25,261 nt of DNA. Source: Tubiluchus corallicola (taxonomy: Eukaryota > Animalia > Priapulida). Positions 1 through 9,529 of this stretch are shown here, one piece after another. The stretch spans positions 1 to 25,261 of the forward strand of contig JAQGDQ010002470.1 of assembly GCA_030141605.1 (NCBI GenBank), written 5' to 3'. The position numbers and the translations under genes are program-made. Each line of letters opens with the position of its first letter. Within the stretch, counting starts at the first letter, position 1. The notes below the pieces were generated by a model. The model was not told where the DNA came from. It saw only the letters and a program-made list of their open reading frames with translations, and searched no databases.

Positions 1-280
1 GTTGCATTTTAAATTTGCTTTACCTTCTGTATCAAGATGGCTGACATTCCACTGTATGAATCGTGTTGCATTTTCAATTTGCTTTACGTTCTGTATCAAG
101 ATGGCTGACATTCCACTGTATGAATCGTGTTGCATTTCTTACAATCTGGGAGACCCAAAGGCGGTTAGGGAACACGTTAGCTTTACCTTTAACTTAGTGC
201 TATCAAGATTTTGTTTGAAATTTGGTTTACCTTCTGTATCAAGATGGCTGACATTCCACTATGTGAATCATCTTGCGTCC
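1..280. repeat. 64-bp tandem repeat (2 full units plus partial/degenerate ones), cut by the window edge
   Basis: GTTGCATTT recurs at 1, 65 and 129. The core TTCTGTATCAAGATGGCTGACATTCCACT recurs again near 233-261. Confidence 0.9.
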
Positions 281-372
281 ATGACTGGCATAATTATTTA
301 TGTGAGTGACGTTTGAATGTTAGTAGGAAATGTTATTGAATTTGATGTTGTTTCCTCTGTTGTTCAGAGGAG

Positions 373-990
373 CAGTGGTGTCGCCGGTGTTTGTGGTGCC
401 CCGGGGGCCTCAAAAATTTCTGGTGCCCTACCCTTTTAATGTTTTGATCATTTCTTTCGTGGATGAAGCCACAAATTGTGCACATTTTTGCATCCCTGAG
501 TCCAACTTTCCTTTTTCGACATAATGGGATAAATATAAACAAATTTTTTCTAAGAATCACTCTGAGTTTGATTTGTGGTACTGCACCAGAGTAACTCTTT
601 CCTATGCATTAATTGCGCATAGCACGGCAGCTTAAACATTGAGCTCCAGCATTAAAACATGTAAAGATTATGAAAGATACAGAACACTGCAGGTTTTCAC
701 AATAATACAGTCGGTGTTTAGAGAAACCCGACTGTTTCTCCCAAATGATCTGCTAAGCCACACAACATCCTGAACACACCCTTAAGTAACAACATTAGCC
801 TTTTTTGTAGGCTGTAGGTAGTAATTAAATCAGCTATGATGATCTGTGATTAGGCAGTTTGTTTGTAGTTTGAAAACTTTTGCTAATTGTTTTGTTAATG
901 TCGGATTAGAAATTAATAATTGACAGTCATTGAACTCTAGAAGAATTTTGTGCCTGGAGGCAAATGACCCCCTCCACCCCTCACTCGGAA
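373..990. mobile_element. Possible degenerate hAT-like MITE (one terminus visible)
   Basis: Starts CAGTGGTGTCGCC followed by GGTGCCC-rich subterminal motifs. A C-rich TGCCTGGAGGCAAATGACCCCC block at ~951-985 resembles the opposite subterminal region. No second TIR or TSD found. Confidence 0.3.
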
Positions 991-1190
991 TTATATGGAA
1001 AAATTTCATCTACACCGTGCAGAATGTAGAAATATTTGTCTATGAATTTGATGCAAAACGTGTTTGGAATGTCGTTTTTATACTGTTAGATATTTACTCA
1101 TTTGGAATTCAAGTTGTGTGATCATGAAAAATTAGATGTGCTTGTTAATCTTTCTGCTTTAAGTAATTCAAATTTTGTTACCATTAAATG

Positions 1191-1504
1191 CTGTGGCATA
1201 TCTAGTAGGGGGGAGCTAGGGGAGCACTGGTCCCCCTCATCACATTTTTCAAAGTTGTCACCTTTTCGACAACCTGCCTTATTATTTTATTTGACCAACC
1301 TGCTTCTTGTGTTTTTGAAAAGAGCGTCAACTCATTTGTCAAGGTTGAGTGACCGATTGAACCAAGAATCAAATTTTCCCAGATCTAATTATAATATATT
1401 CTTGTCACGTGCTAATCTATTGTGACATATAATAGCTTCACGTGTCACGGTGCCCTTTTTTATCAGCGTGCTCCCCCTTACTTTAAAACCTAGCTACGCC
1501 CCTG
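1191..1504. mobile_element. hAT-type MITE (314 bp)
   Basis: Imperfect 15-bp TIRs CTGTGGCATATCTAG / CTAGCTACGCCCCTG (11/15). Flanks ATTAAATG and CTTAGATG match 6/8, fitting an 8-bp hAT TSD. Confidence 0.7.
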
Positions 1505-1784
1505 CTTAGATGGTTTATTGGCCAGATGCTACATGTGTATTGTTGAAGTTCTATTTAATCATAGTATGTTACACTATACGTGTGTTTAGAATTTAATAAA
1601 ATTATGATCTCTTGTTATCTTGGTGAGAAAAATTGGTACTAGTCACTTTTAAAATAGCTTTGTAGTTAGAAGTTAAAAATCTTGGTGAGTTAATTTAAAT
1701 TAATGTTATGAAATTGCTGATCAGTCACCAATTCGTTGTTTTGATAATCATGGATTTTCATAGATTTGTGTGATTCTAGGTGAT

Positions 1785-1911
1785 CACTGAAGTATCGTAG
1801 TTTATTTAAGACCGTTAACTAATATCTATTTGAGTGGTATAGCTAATAGTTGATCCTTTTCCGAAACGACTTAGCGCCTTCGTTCTTTAATTTTGCACTG
1901 AAGTATCGTAG
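1785..1911 (-). mobile_element. 95-bp insert between perfect 16-bp direct repeats (possible 5'-truncated retroposed fragment with TSD); mirror at 23334-23460
   Basis: CACTGAAGTATCGTAG at 1785-1800 and 1896-1911. The insert begins TTTATTTA, an A-rich 3' end on the - strand. Confidence 0.5.
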
Positions 1912-2139
1912 CCTTAAACTGTAAAATTATAGCATTATTGAGCATCGTGTTCTAGGCTCAGTACAGGATGTCTGTACGTAGCTCAGTAATCTAGTTAACA
2001 TTTGTTTGTACGTTAGAAACAAGTGACCAACTGCATTGACTTATTCGTCTTTTCTGTGTGCTGACTTATTCGTCTTTTCTGTGTGCTGTTCAGTCTCAGC
2101 ACGCAAATGTATTAGTTCTATTGTGTAATTAATTAACTG

Positions 2140-2757
2140 TATTGTAGTATTGTTCTGTTCTCTGACCAAAGATACGAATTCTGAGTCATAGAGATGTGAA
2201 ACATTGTAAGACGTGTTCTATTCTCTAACCAAAGATATGAATTCTGAGTCATAGAGATGCAAAACATTGTAAGACATGTCGATAACTGTGCTAGTATTGT
2301 TCTATTCTCTGACCAAAGATATGAATTCTGAGTCATAGAGATGCGAAACATTGTAAGACATGTCGATAACTGTGGTAGTATTGTTCTATTCACTGACCAA
2401 AGATATGAATTCTGAGTCATAGAGGTGCGAAACGTAAGACATGTCGATAATGTGGTAGTATTTTTCTATTCTCTGACCAAAGATATGAATTCTGAGTCAT
2501 AGAGATGCAAAACATTGTAAGACATGTCGATAACTGTGGTAGTATTGTTCTATTCTCTGACCAAAGATATGAATTCTGAGTCATAGAGATGCAAAACATT
2601 GTAAGACATGTCGATAATGTGGTAGTATTTTTCTATTCTCTGACCAAAGATATGAATTCTGAGTCATAGAGATGCGAAACATTGTAAGACGTGTTCTATT
2701 CTCTGACCAAAGATACGAATTCTGAGTCATAGAGATGCGAAACATTGTAAGACGTGT
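2140..2757. repeat. Minisatellite, 8 units, 84-bp base period with 63/80/83-bp variants
   Basis: GAATTCTGAGTCATAGAG at 2176, 2239, 2323, 2407, 2487, 2571, 2654 and 2717. Confidence 0.97.
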
Positions 2758-2967
2758 CAGGGCACGCGTTCCTTGTTTCCGTGTTTATGCCAAAGAAACG
2801 GCTGTAATACCTGGACACATTCCAGATAAAATTATTTATTTGTTCTAAGATTGATAGGATATATTATGTATTTTGTACAATTCTATTTATTTCCAATGAC
2901 AGCTGATACATGAATTATATATACATGTTTGCTTCAAACTAAGTAAATTATTTATCACATTTATCGC

Positions 2968-3010
2968 CTTGTTTTTGTTTTTTTGTTTGTTTGTTTGCTT
3001 GTTTGTTTGT
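2968..3010. repeat. (TTTG)n microsatellite; mirror at ~22251-22292
   Basis: TTGTTTTTGTTTTTTTGTTTGTTTGTTTGCTTGTTTGTTTG. Confidence 0.9.
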
Positions 3011-3015
3011 GTACT

Positions 3016-3095
3016 CAGGGCCGGCCTTAGGCATAGGCAAACTAGGCAACCGCCTAGGGCCTCACCCTCCAGGGGGGGGGCCTCACGCCGAGGTA
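3016..3095. mobile_element. Terminal fragment of a hAT-like MITE; mirror at ~22166-22245
   Basis: CAGGGCCGGCCTTAGG...GCCTAGGGCCTC...GGGGGGCCTC, a GC-rich end typical of animal hAT-derived MITEs. No partner TIR seen. Confidence 0.5.
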
Positions 3096-3336
3096 ACATT
3101 GTTTTGCTTTATGCAAACATACTGCCTCCTCTCTCTCTCTCTCCTCTCTCGTAGTCTTATGTTTGTGCGATGATTATGTAGCTTGACATTTACATGATCG
3201 CTGTTCAACCCGACAATAAGTTTATTAAGGTTTCCTCTCTAAATGAGATATTTTAATTACTAAGAAGAAATGGTTTCTCACTTGGATTTTAAGATGCTTT
3301 GCTGCATAAAGCAAAACAATAGAAACGCTACCCTAC

Positions 3337-4104
3337 GGCTCATTTCACAGCGAGGACCGTGCAGCAAAATGCTTCGAGGAGAAATTCCTTGCGACATTCC
3401 TCACGAAAATGTAACACATTGTTTTCCATGGTGCATCTGACAGGAACGCGTGCTGCAAAATGCCTCGTGAAGCATTCTGCTACCAGCTAGAAGCTATGCG
3501 TCCTCCTCGTGAGGAATTATACCATATGGTAGAAATACTACACGTTCTATTTCTTGGGAGGAATCCTCACAAAATTCAGTATTAAATTTAACTACCTAGT
3601 TACTTCTTTCTTATTTAACGGACAAAAATTAATACATTTCAGGACAAAATTCTACGATTTAATCTCCCTTTTAACAGACTGAAGATTTTAGACCAACAGC
3701 AACATTTTGCAACAGCGATATTATGCTTATTAATGAAACAGCGATGGCTAGATTCGTGAAAAAGAAAAATAACGCATTTATTTATTTTATGCATGTATAT
3801 TTTCAGTTTTTGAGGTGGTTAGTAGAACTTTACTGAAAAAACAAAACAGGTCTGACGTTACACCAACTAACATTATTAATTGTACTTTGTAAATGAGAAA
3901 TACGAGAAGTATATCGTAATTTAGACATGATTACAGTATAAAACTCGCAAAGTAGCTGCAGCTAACTGGACATGCGGCAATAACTGTGCGGTTTCACGGT
4001 GAAATGAAATTTCTAACTGCATGAGATTTCAAGAGACATGAGAAATTTTCAGACAGCTAATTCTGTGCATCACTTTTCCTTGCATCCTCACTGTGAAATG
4101 AACC
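3337..4104. mobile_element. Non-autonomous DNA transposon, PIF/Harbinger-like (768 bp)
   Basis: 20-bp TIRs GGCTCATTTCACAGCGAGGA / TCCTCACTGTGAAATGAACC (18/20). Flanks TAC / TAA resemble a 3-bp TWA TSD. Internal CCTCAC/GAGGA subterminal motifs. Confidence 0.75.
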
Positions 4105-4185
4105 TAAGACTTTTCACTTTCATTTGCAGACAAATATTCTAACTACTTTGATGAAAAAAACTTCACAGTAATCACGTTTATAAAG

Positions 4186-5664
4186 CTTTGCTCTTCTACA
4201 CTCCAGCAGATGATATATTAAACATGTGGCTGCAGGAATGTAATGTCACAGAGAGTGCACTTGTAAGACTTTGCTCTTCTACACTCCAGCAGATGATATA
4301 TTAAACATGTAGCTGCAGGAATGTAATGTCACAGAGAGTGCACTTGTAAGACTTTGCTCTTCTACACTCCAGGAGATGATATATTAAACATGTAGCTGCA
4401 GGAATGTAATGTCACAGGGAGTGCACTTGTAAGACTTTGCTCTTCTACACTCCAGCAGATGATATATTAAACATGTGGCTGCAGGAATGTAATGTCACAG
4501 AGAGTGCACTTGTAAGGCTTTGCTCTTCTACACTCCAGGAGATGATATATTAAACATGTAGCTGCAGGAATGTAATGTCACAGGGAGTGCACTTGTAAGG
4601 CTTTGCTCTTCTACACTCCAACAGATGATATATTAAACATGTGGCTGCAGGAATGTAATGTCACAGAGAGTGCACTTGTAAGGCTTTGCTCTTCTACACT
4701 CCAGGAGATGATATATTAAACATGTAGCTGCAGGAATGTAATGTCACAGAGAGTGCACTTGTAAGGCTTTGCTCTTCTACACTCCAACAGATGATATATT
4801 AAACATGTGGCTGCAGGAATATAATGTCACAGAGAGTGCACTTGTAAGACTTTGCTCTTCTACACTCCAACAGATGATATATTAAACATGTGGCTGCAGG
4901 AATGTAATGTCACAGAGAGTGCACTTGTAAGGCTTTGCTCTTCTACACTCCAGGAGATGATATATTAAACATGTGGCTGCAGGAATGTAATGTCACAGAG
5001 AGTGCACTTGTAAGGCTTTGCTCTTCTACACTCCAGGAGATGATATATTAAACATGTGGCTGCAGGAATGTAATGTCACAGAGAGTGCACTTGTAAGACT
5101 TTGCTCTTCTACACTCCAGGAGATGATATATTAAACATGTAGCTGCAGGAATATAATGTCACAGAGAGTGCACTTGTAAGACTTTGCTCTTCTACACTCC
5201 AGCAGATGATATATTAAACATGTAGCTGCAGGAATGTAATGTCACAGAGAGTGCACTTGTAAGACTTTGCTCTTCTACACTCCAGCAGATGATATATTAA
5301 ACATGTAGCTGCAGGAATGTGACGTCACAGAGAGTGCACTTGTAATGCTTTGCACTTCTACACTCCAGTAGATGATATATTAAACATGTAGCTGCAGGAA
5401 TGTAATGTCACAGAGAGTGCACTTGTAAGGCTTTGCTCTTCTACACTCCAGCAGATGATATATTAAACAAGTGGCTGCAGGAATGTAACGTGACAGAGTG
5501 CACTTGTAAAGCTTTGCATCGAGCAACCCTCGTGTTGAAAAAGCCACCACGAAACAACAAGTTTTGTGACTAATATAAACCTTCAGCCATGGTCTTCTAG
5601 ACTTAAACCAGTTTGTGATGTTTTGAAAAACTTGTTCACAATGAGAACATTTATAAGGCTTCAT
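4186..5664 (-). pseudogene. Zinc-finger-derived 83-bp minisatellite (16 units, 4186-5515) plus one degenerate upstream finger; non-coding
   Basis: CTTTGCTCTTCTACAC recurs every 83 bp (4186, 4269, 4352...). The - strand reads KPYKCTLCDITFLQPH[-1 nt]LIYHLLECRRA. Each unit has a TAA in the KPYKC frame. MKPYKCSHCEQVF starts at 5664. Confidence 0.88.
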
Positions 5665-5667
5665 GTA

Positions 5668-5950
5668 TGATTTGATTTGATTGATTTAATTCTTTATTTC
5701 AAACATAAGTTCATATTATAATTTACATATATACAACATACAACATCATAAAAACAAAAAACCAATACAAACAAATCACACACAAACTTAGATAGACATG
5801 AAAATTACAATAATAGTCTCCACCATTGCTGTCTTATATGAGATGTAAATTTAGCATCGCTTACTAAAATTTTCTGGCACATTAAGTTATCACTAGTATC
5901 AAATCTTTTCATTAAACTTAAGACAGATTTTCTACGTAATACATCAGAAT
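5668..5950 (-). mobile_element. 3' end of a non-LTR retrotransposon (ORF2 C-terminus, 3' UTR, AATAAA and (AAATC)n tail); mirror at ~19313-19595
   Basis: Peptide DVLRRKSVLSLMKRFDTSDNLMCQKILVSDAKFTSHIRQQWWRLLL* resembles LINE ORF2 C-termini (RTE-X-like, from recall). It is followed by GAAATAAAGAATTAAATCAATCAAATCAAATC. Confidence 0.6.
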
Positions 5951-5952
5951 AC

Positions 5953-6131
5953 AGAGAGAGAGACAGTGAGTGAGTGAGTGAGTCAGAGGAGTGAGAGAGA
6001 GACAGTGAGTGAGAGAGCAAGAGACAGAGAGAGAGAGTGACTGAGTGAAAGAGAGAGACACAGAGTGAGTGAGTGAGTGAGTGAGTGACAGAGAGAGAGA
6101 CAGTGAGTGAGTAAGTGAGAGAGAGAGAGAG
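5953..6131. repeat. Compound (GA)n/(GAGT)n microsatellite; mirror at ~19132-19311
   Basis: Directly visible GAGA and GAGTGAGT runs. Confidence 0.95.
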
Positions 6132-6240
6132 ATTTGATTTTTCTATTTAATTCTTTATTTCAAACATAAACATGAAAATTACAATAATAGTCTCCACCAT
6201 TGCTGTCTTATGTGCGATGTATAAAATGTTCTGGCATTTA
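6132..6240 (-). mobile_element. Second, internally deleted copy of the same LINE 3' end; mirror at ~19023-19133
   Basis: Shares TTTAATTCTTTATTTCAAACATAA and CATGAAAATTACAATAATAGTCTCCACCATTGCTGTCTTAT with 5686-5838. Confidence 0.7.
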
Positions 6241-6646
6241 TGTAAGAAATACACAAACACAAGTGATTAACGGTACCACAAATGACTGATCACATTATAT
6301 TTACATGTAAACAAAATTTGAGCACTTTCAAAAATTTAACATTAGTAAATATAAAATCTAAAAAAATATAATAACAATATGATATTTACAAGTATGTCCA
6401 CAATTTAAATTACTCAGGATAATCTCAACGATGGCGCCACCTCTGACAAACCATTGTTTATACGTGACGCCTAGTCATACCAGTTCAACAGGTCACCTGT
6501 GACCTGTGGTCATTAAAACTGTTCTCACATGCAATAAAACTCCATGATTAAACCTGGAAACGACAATTCCTTCAGATTGCACCATTCAAAATGCATTGTG
6601 TAAGATCTATGACTTTCCTCTACTGTATGGACACAGACACAGCTAA

Positions 6647-7458
6647 AGGTACTGTTCTATTCAGGAGAATCTCACTATCCAATCATTCTATTTGTTTAAG
6701 CATTCGTAAGTGATTTAATTGGATAAAATCTAAAAAAAACACGCCTTCTTCAACCACTCCAACTTAGCTTATTGAGTAGCTTAGTCTGGTGTACACTTGC
6801 ATGATCGTACACACATCAGTATACTGATGACAAATTACACTGTAAGAATCTTTTGTTTCGACGAAGTATTATCAATTAACTCCTCAGGACGGCAAGTGTT
6901 TATTGTATTTTGCAGCAATTAAATTTCATAATTTTTGTAGATTTCTATTCCTCACAATGAATTTTCATACAAAATTGTATGTGAAATACATTTGCTTACC
7001 TTAGACAAATTAATAATTGATTAAAAAAAGCTTTCAGTAACTGCAGTGTTTGCACTATAACAAAGTACAGTATCACTTGTGTGACAATGACTAATGCAGA
7101 AAATTTCAACTATCCAGACACAACACTCTGATAAACTTTGACCTCAACTCTACTCTATTTTAAAGGAGAAATTCCAGTTAAAAGATGAAATGACTTTAGT
7201 TTTGTCCTTGGCTGATCTGTTGGTTTTCCCTGGAACTCGGTACGGCAGACGGTTCTCTTCGATGTAGCAAGCAGGTGATCCATAAAATTAGTATTTACGA
7301 TCACGCAAGTGCATACCAGACTCAGCAACTCAATAGGATAAGTTGGAGTGCTTGAAGAGGGCGTGTTTTTCTTAATTTTGTCCAATGAAATCACTTATAA
7401 ATGTTTAAACAAAGAGCATGATCGAATAGCCGAGATTCTCCTGAATAGAACAGTACCT
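6647..7458. mobile_element. MITE with ~165-bp terminal inverted repeats (Kolobok-like), 812 bp
   Basis: AGGTACTGTTCTATTCAGGAGAATCTC at 6647 and its perfect reverse complement ending at 7458. Imperfect similarity continues to ~6810 and ~7297. The left flank CTAA resembles a TTAA target. Family assignment is tentative. Confidence 0.8.
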
Positions 7459-7544
7459 AATTTGTAACGTGATTCAAAATGACCGAAACTCTTAAATACT
7501 TTATAAGCAACAACATAAGTAAGTCAAGTCACACCAACTTTTGT

Positions 7545-8258
7545 TCATGTTTTCCGAGATTCGACAAACTTCTTCACGTGGTCTGTTGTCGCGTTGAGAT
7601 AAAAACTCGGGGAACGAGGTCTATAATCAAGATACGGCGTTTTGTCGGTAGAAGAACGAATCGATTTGGGCACGGCCGGCTCGATCTGTGTACCTTCACC
7701 CCACTCATTAAACGAGGTAATTGATACGATAACGGGTTTAACAGCAATAGCCTTCTCCCACTGTTGTGCATAATAAGAACCGCTCGCTCTTGTACGACTC
7801 ACGCGGTAATTCCACGGCCTGATCGACGTATCTTCGTAACCCGGTCCGACGCTCGGTATGAAGTACAGGTTGTGCTGATCAGCAAAAGATTGCAGCTCTT
7901 GCCAGTTCGTCGGCACTGAACCGTAACTGAAAGTATTGCTGGCAAAGTACGTGTAATAACCGTCAAATCCCGCAGACAGGATGACATTCTTGTCGTTTTT
8001 GCCGACTAGCAAACCGATGAAGACGGCATCGTAATCCGTCCTGCGGACGCTCAGTCTACCGTGCAGTCCTAGGAGGCTCCTCCACTGATACGGTGAAGAG
8101 AGATATGAATCGTAGACGTAAAACATAGGTAGATAACGACCTTTATGACGAAAGCGATAGAACGCCTCGTGTTCACCGTAAGTGTCGATGACGTAGCGAA
8201 TGTGACCTCTCAGGTTCCGTGGATTTCGATTCTCGAAGGGTTCTATGTGAAATGCAAC
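7545..8258 (-). pseudogene. MANEA: Mirror copy of MANEA exon 4 (intact ORF, part of an orphan partial gene copy)
   Basis: 245-aa ORF identical to that of 16981-17718. Confidence 0.9.
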
Positions 8259-8329
8259 CTGTTCGAATAAACAAAATCCCAAATAATTACAAACGCTATC
8301 GTATACATTAATTCTACTGGTATGGGGTT

Positions 8330-8880
8330 AATATATATATATATATATATTCCTCCCGGTGGGCCCTTATATATATATATAAGATTCTAGGCTACAGCTC
8401 CAACGACAGCACCATTTGAGGCGATACATCAAACGAAAGGTCTCGATCTAGTGTCGGTTTATTTTTCGAATCGGGCCCACGGGGGGAAAAAACCTCCAAA
8501 AATGGCCATTTTTCGGCCGTTTTTTGTAAAAGTTATACGTCTTATACGTCTCAGATCCGAAGAACGGGAACGGGCCGATGGCGGTACTGGCTATGGATAG
8601 ATAGCCCGTTCAGCGGTGGATGTCATAGGCATATTTAGAATTTGCGAGAGGGCCACAGCGTCCCATAACGGGCGTTTTCCCGGACCCAGCTCGCGATTTT
8701 TTCAAAATTTTGGTCAAACAGCCTGCAGAAAAAAGATTACAGCGGCGGCTGGTGGGACTCTAGGAAGGAGATATACGGCTCTTTAGAGAGAGAAAGGACA
8801 GGGCTACACGATGATGTGAGCTATATTCTAGGACAGGTCCACTAAGAGGAGTGACGACGAGTTAATTAGATGTTCTATTT
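8330..8880. mobile_element. GC/CpG-rich interspersed-repeat fragment abutting (TA)n in intron 3; mirror at ~16383-16933
   Basis: Abrupt rise in GC and CpG next to two (TA)n runs, including the palindrome CTTATATATATATATAAG. No clear TIR pair; the inner boundary is approximate. Confidence 0.5.
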
Positions 8881-9194
8881 TTGGTAATTTCGCTTGGAAA
8901 ACTGCTGACGCAAAGAAATTGTTCTGACATCATTTACTTACACGCTGGATAAAACTTTACTTCAGTCAAAGCTGCTGGTGGCTTTGCGTTAGATAAATAA
9001 ATGAACACTAGGTAGAATGTTTGTGCATTATGGATTATAACTGATTTATATGCAAAATTTTATGCATGCAAGGATTTTGATAGTTAATATTAATTTAGTT
9101 CCATCTTCATAATTCCTTCTCAAAAGAAAACATTAGAGCCATTTTGAAAGCTAACATAAGTGACATAGCTGGCATAACTACAATATGATTTTAC

Positions 9195-9304
9195 CTTTAT
9201 ATTGTATTTCGCAGCACTATCCAAGATGCTGGGTATCAGTGAATCAACGGGAGCACCATTAGGATCTGACAGACCAGGGGGGTACCAAGAAACCACAACC
9301 ACTC
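9195..9304 (-). pseudogene. MANEA: Mirror copy of MANEA exon 3 (intact)
   Basis: Reverse complement of 15959-16068. The ORF-track translations of 9120-9323 and 15940-16143 are identical. Confidence 0.9.
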
Positions 9305-9529
9305 CTACAATGAGCGGAAACAATCAACATTATAGGATAACCAGAAACCACAGTAGATAATGACAGAAACCACCAGTGATAATCAACATTTATAGTTAAA
9401 AACAACAAAACTTTAGGAAAACTTTTACATTAAAAAGTTAAAATCATGACAAACGTTTTGACTAGCTGCTTCGCTTCATCATCAGCGATAAATTTACAAA
9501 CATAGAACCAGTTTATGTAGATAGAACTT

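Noticed and set aside
2140-2757. 84-bp minisatellite as a second zinc-finger-derived array (CKTC in one + frame)
   Set aside because: That frame has several stops, His spacing is wrong and there is no recognisable linker. Only the period and CxxC match.
4186-5664. Functional multi-zinc-finger gene
   Set aside because: The 83-bp period shifts frame and places a stop in every unit, and the 94-aa ORF is broken in the other arm.
7479-7987. Short ORFs overlapping exon 4 in other frames or strand, and other 60-107 aa ORFs in the track
   Set aside because: Shadow ORFs of the real exon or of repeats, with no recognisable motifs. Their duplication is explained by the palindrome.
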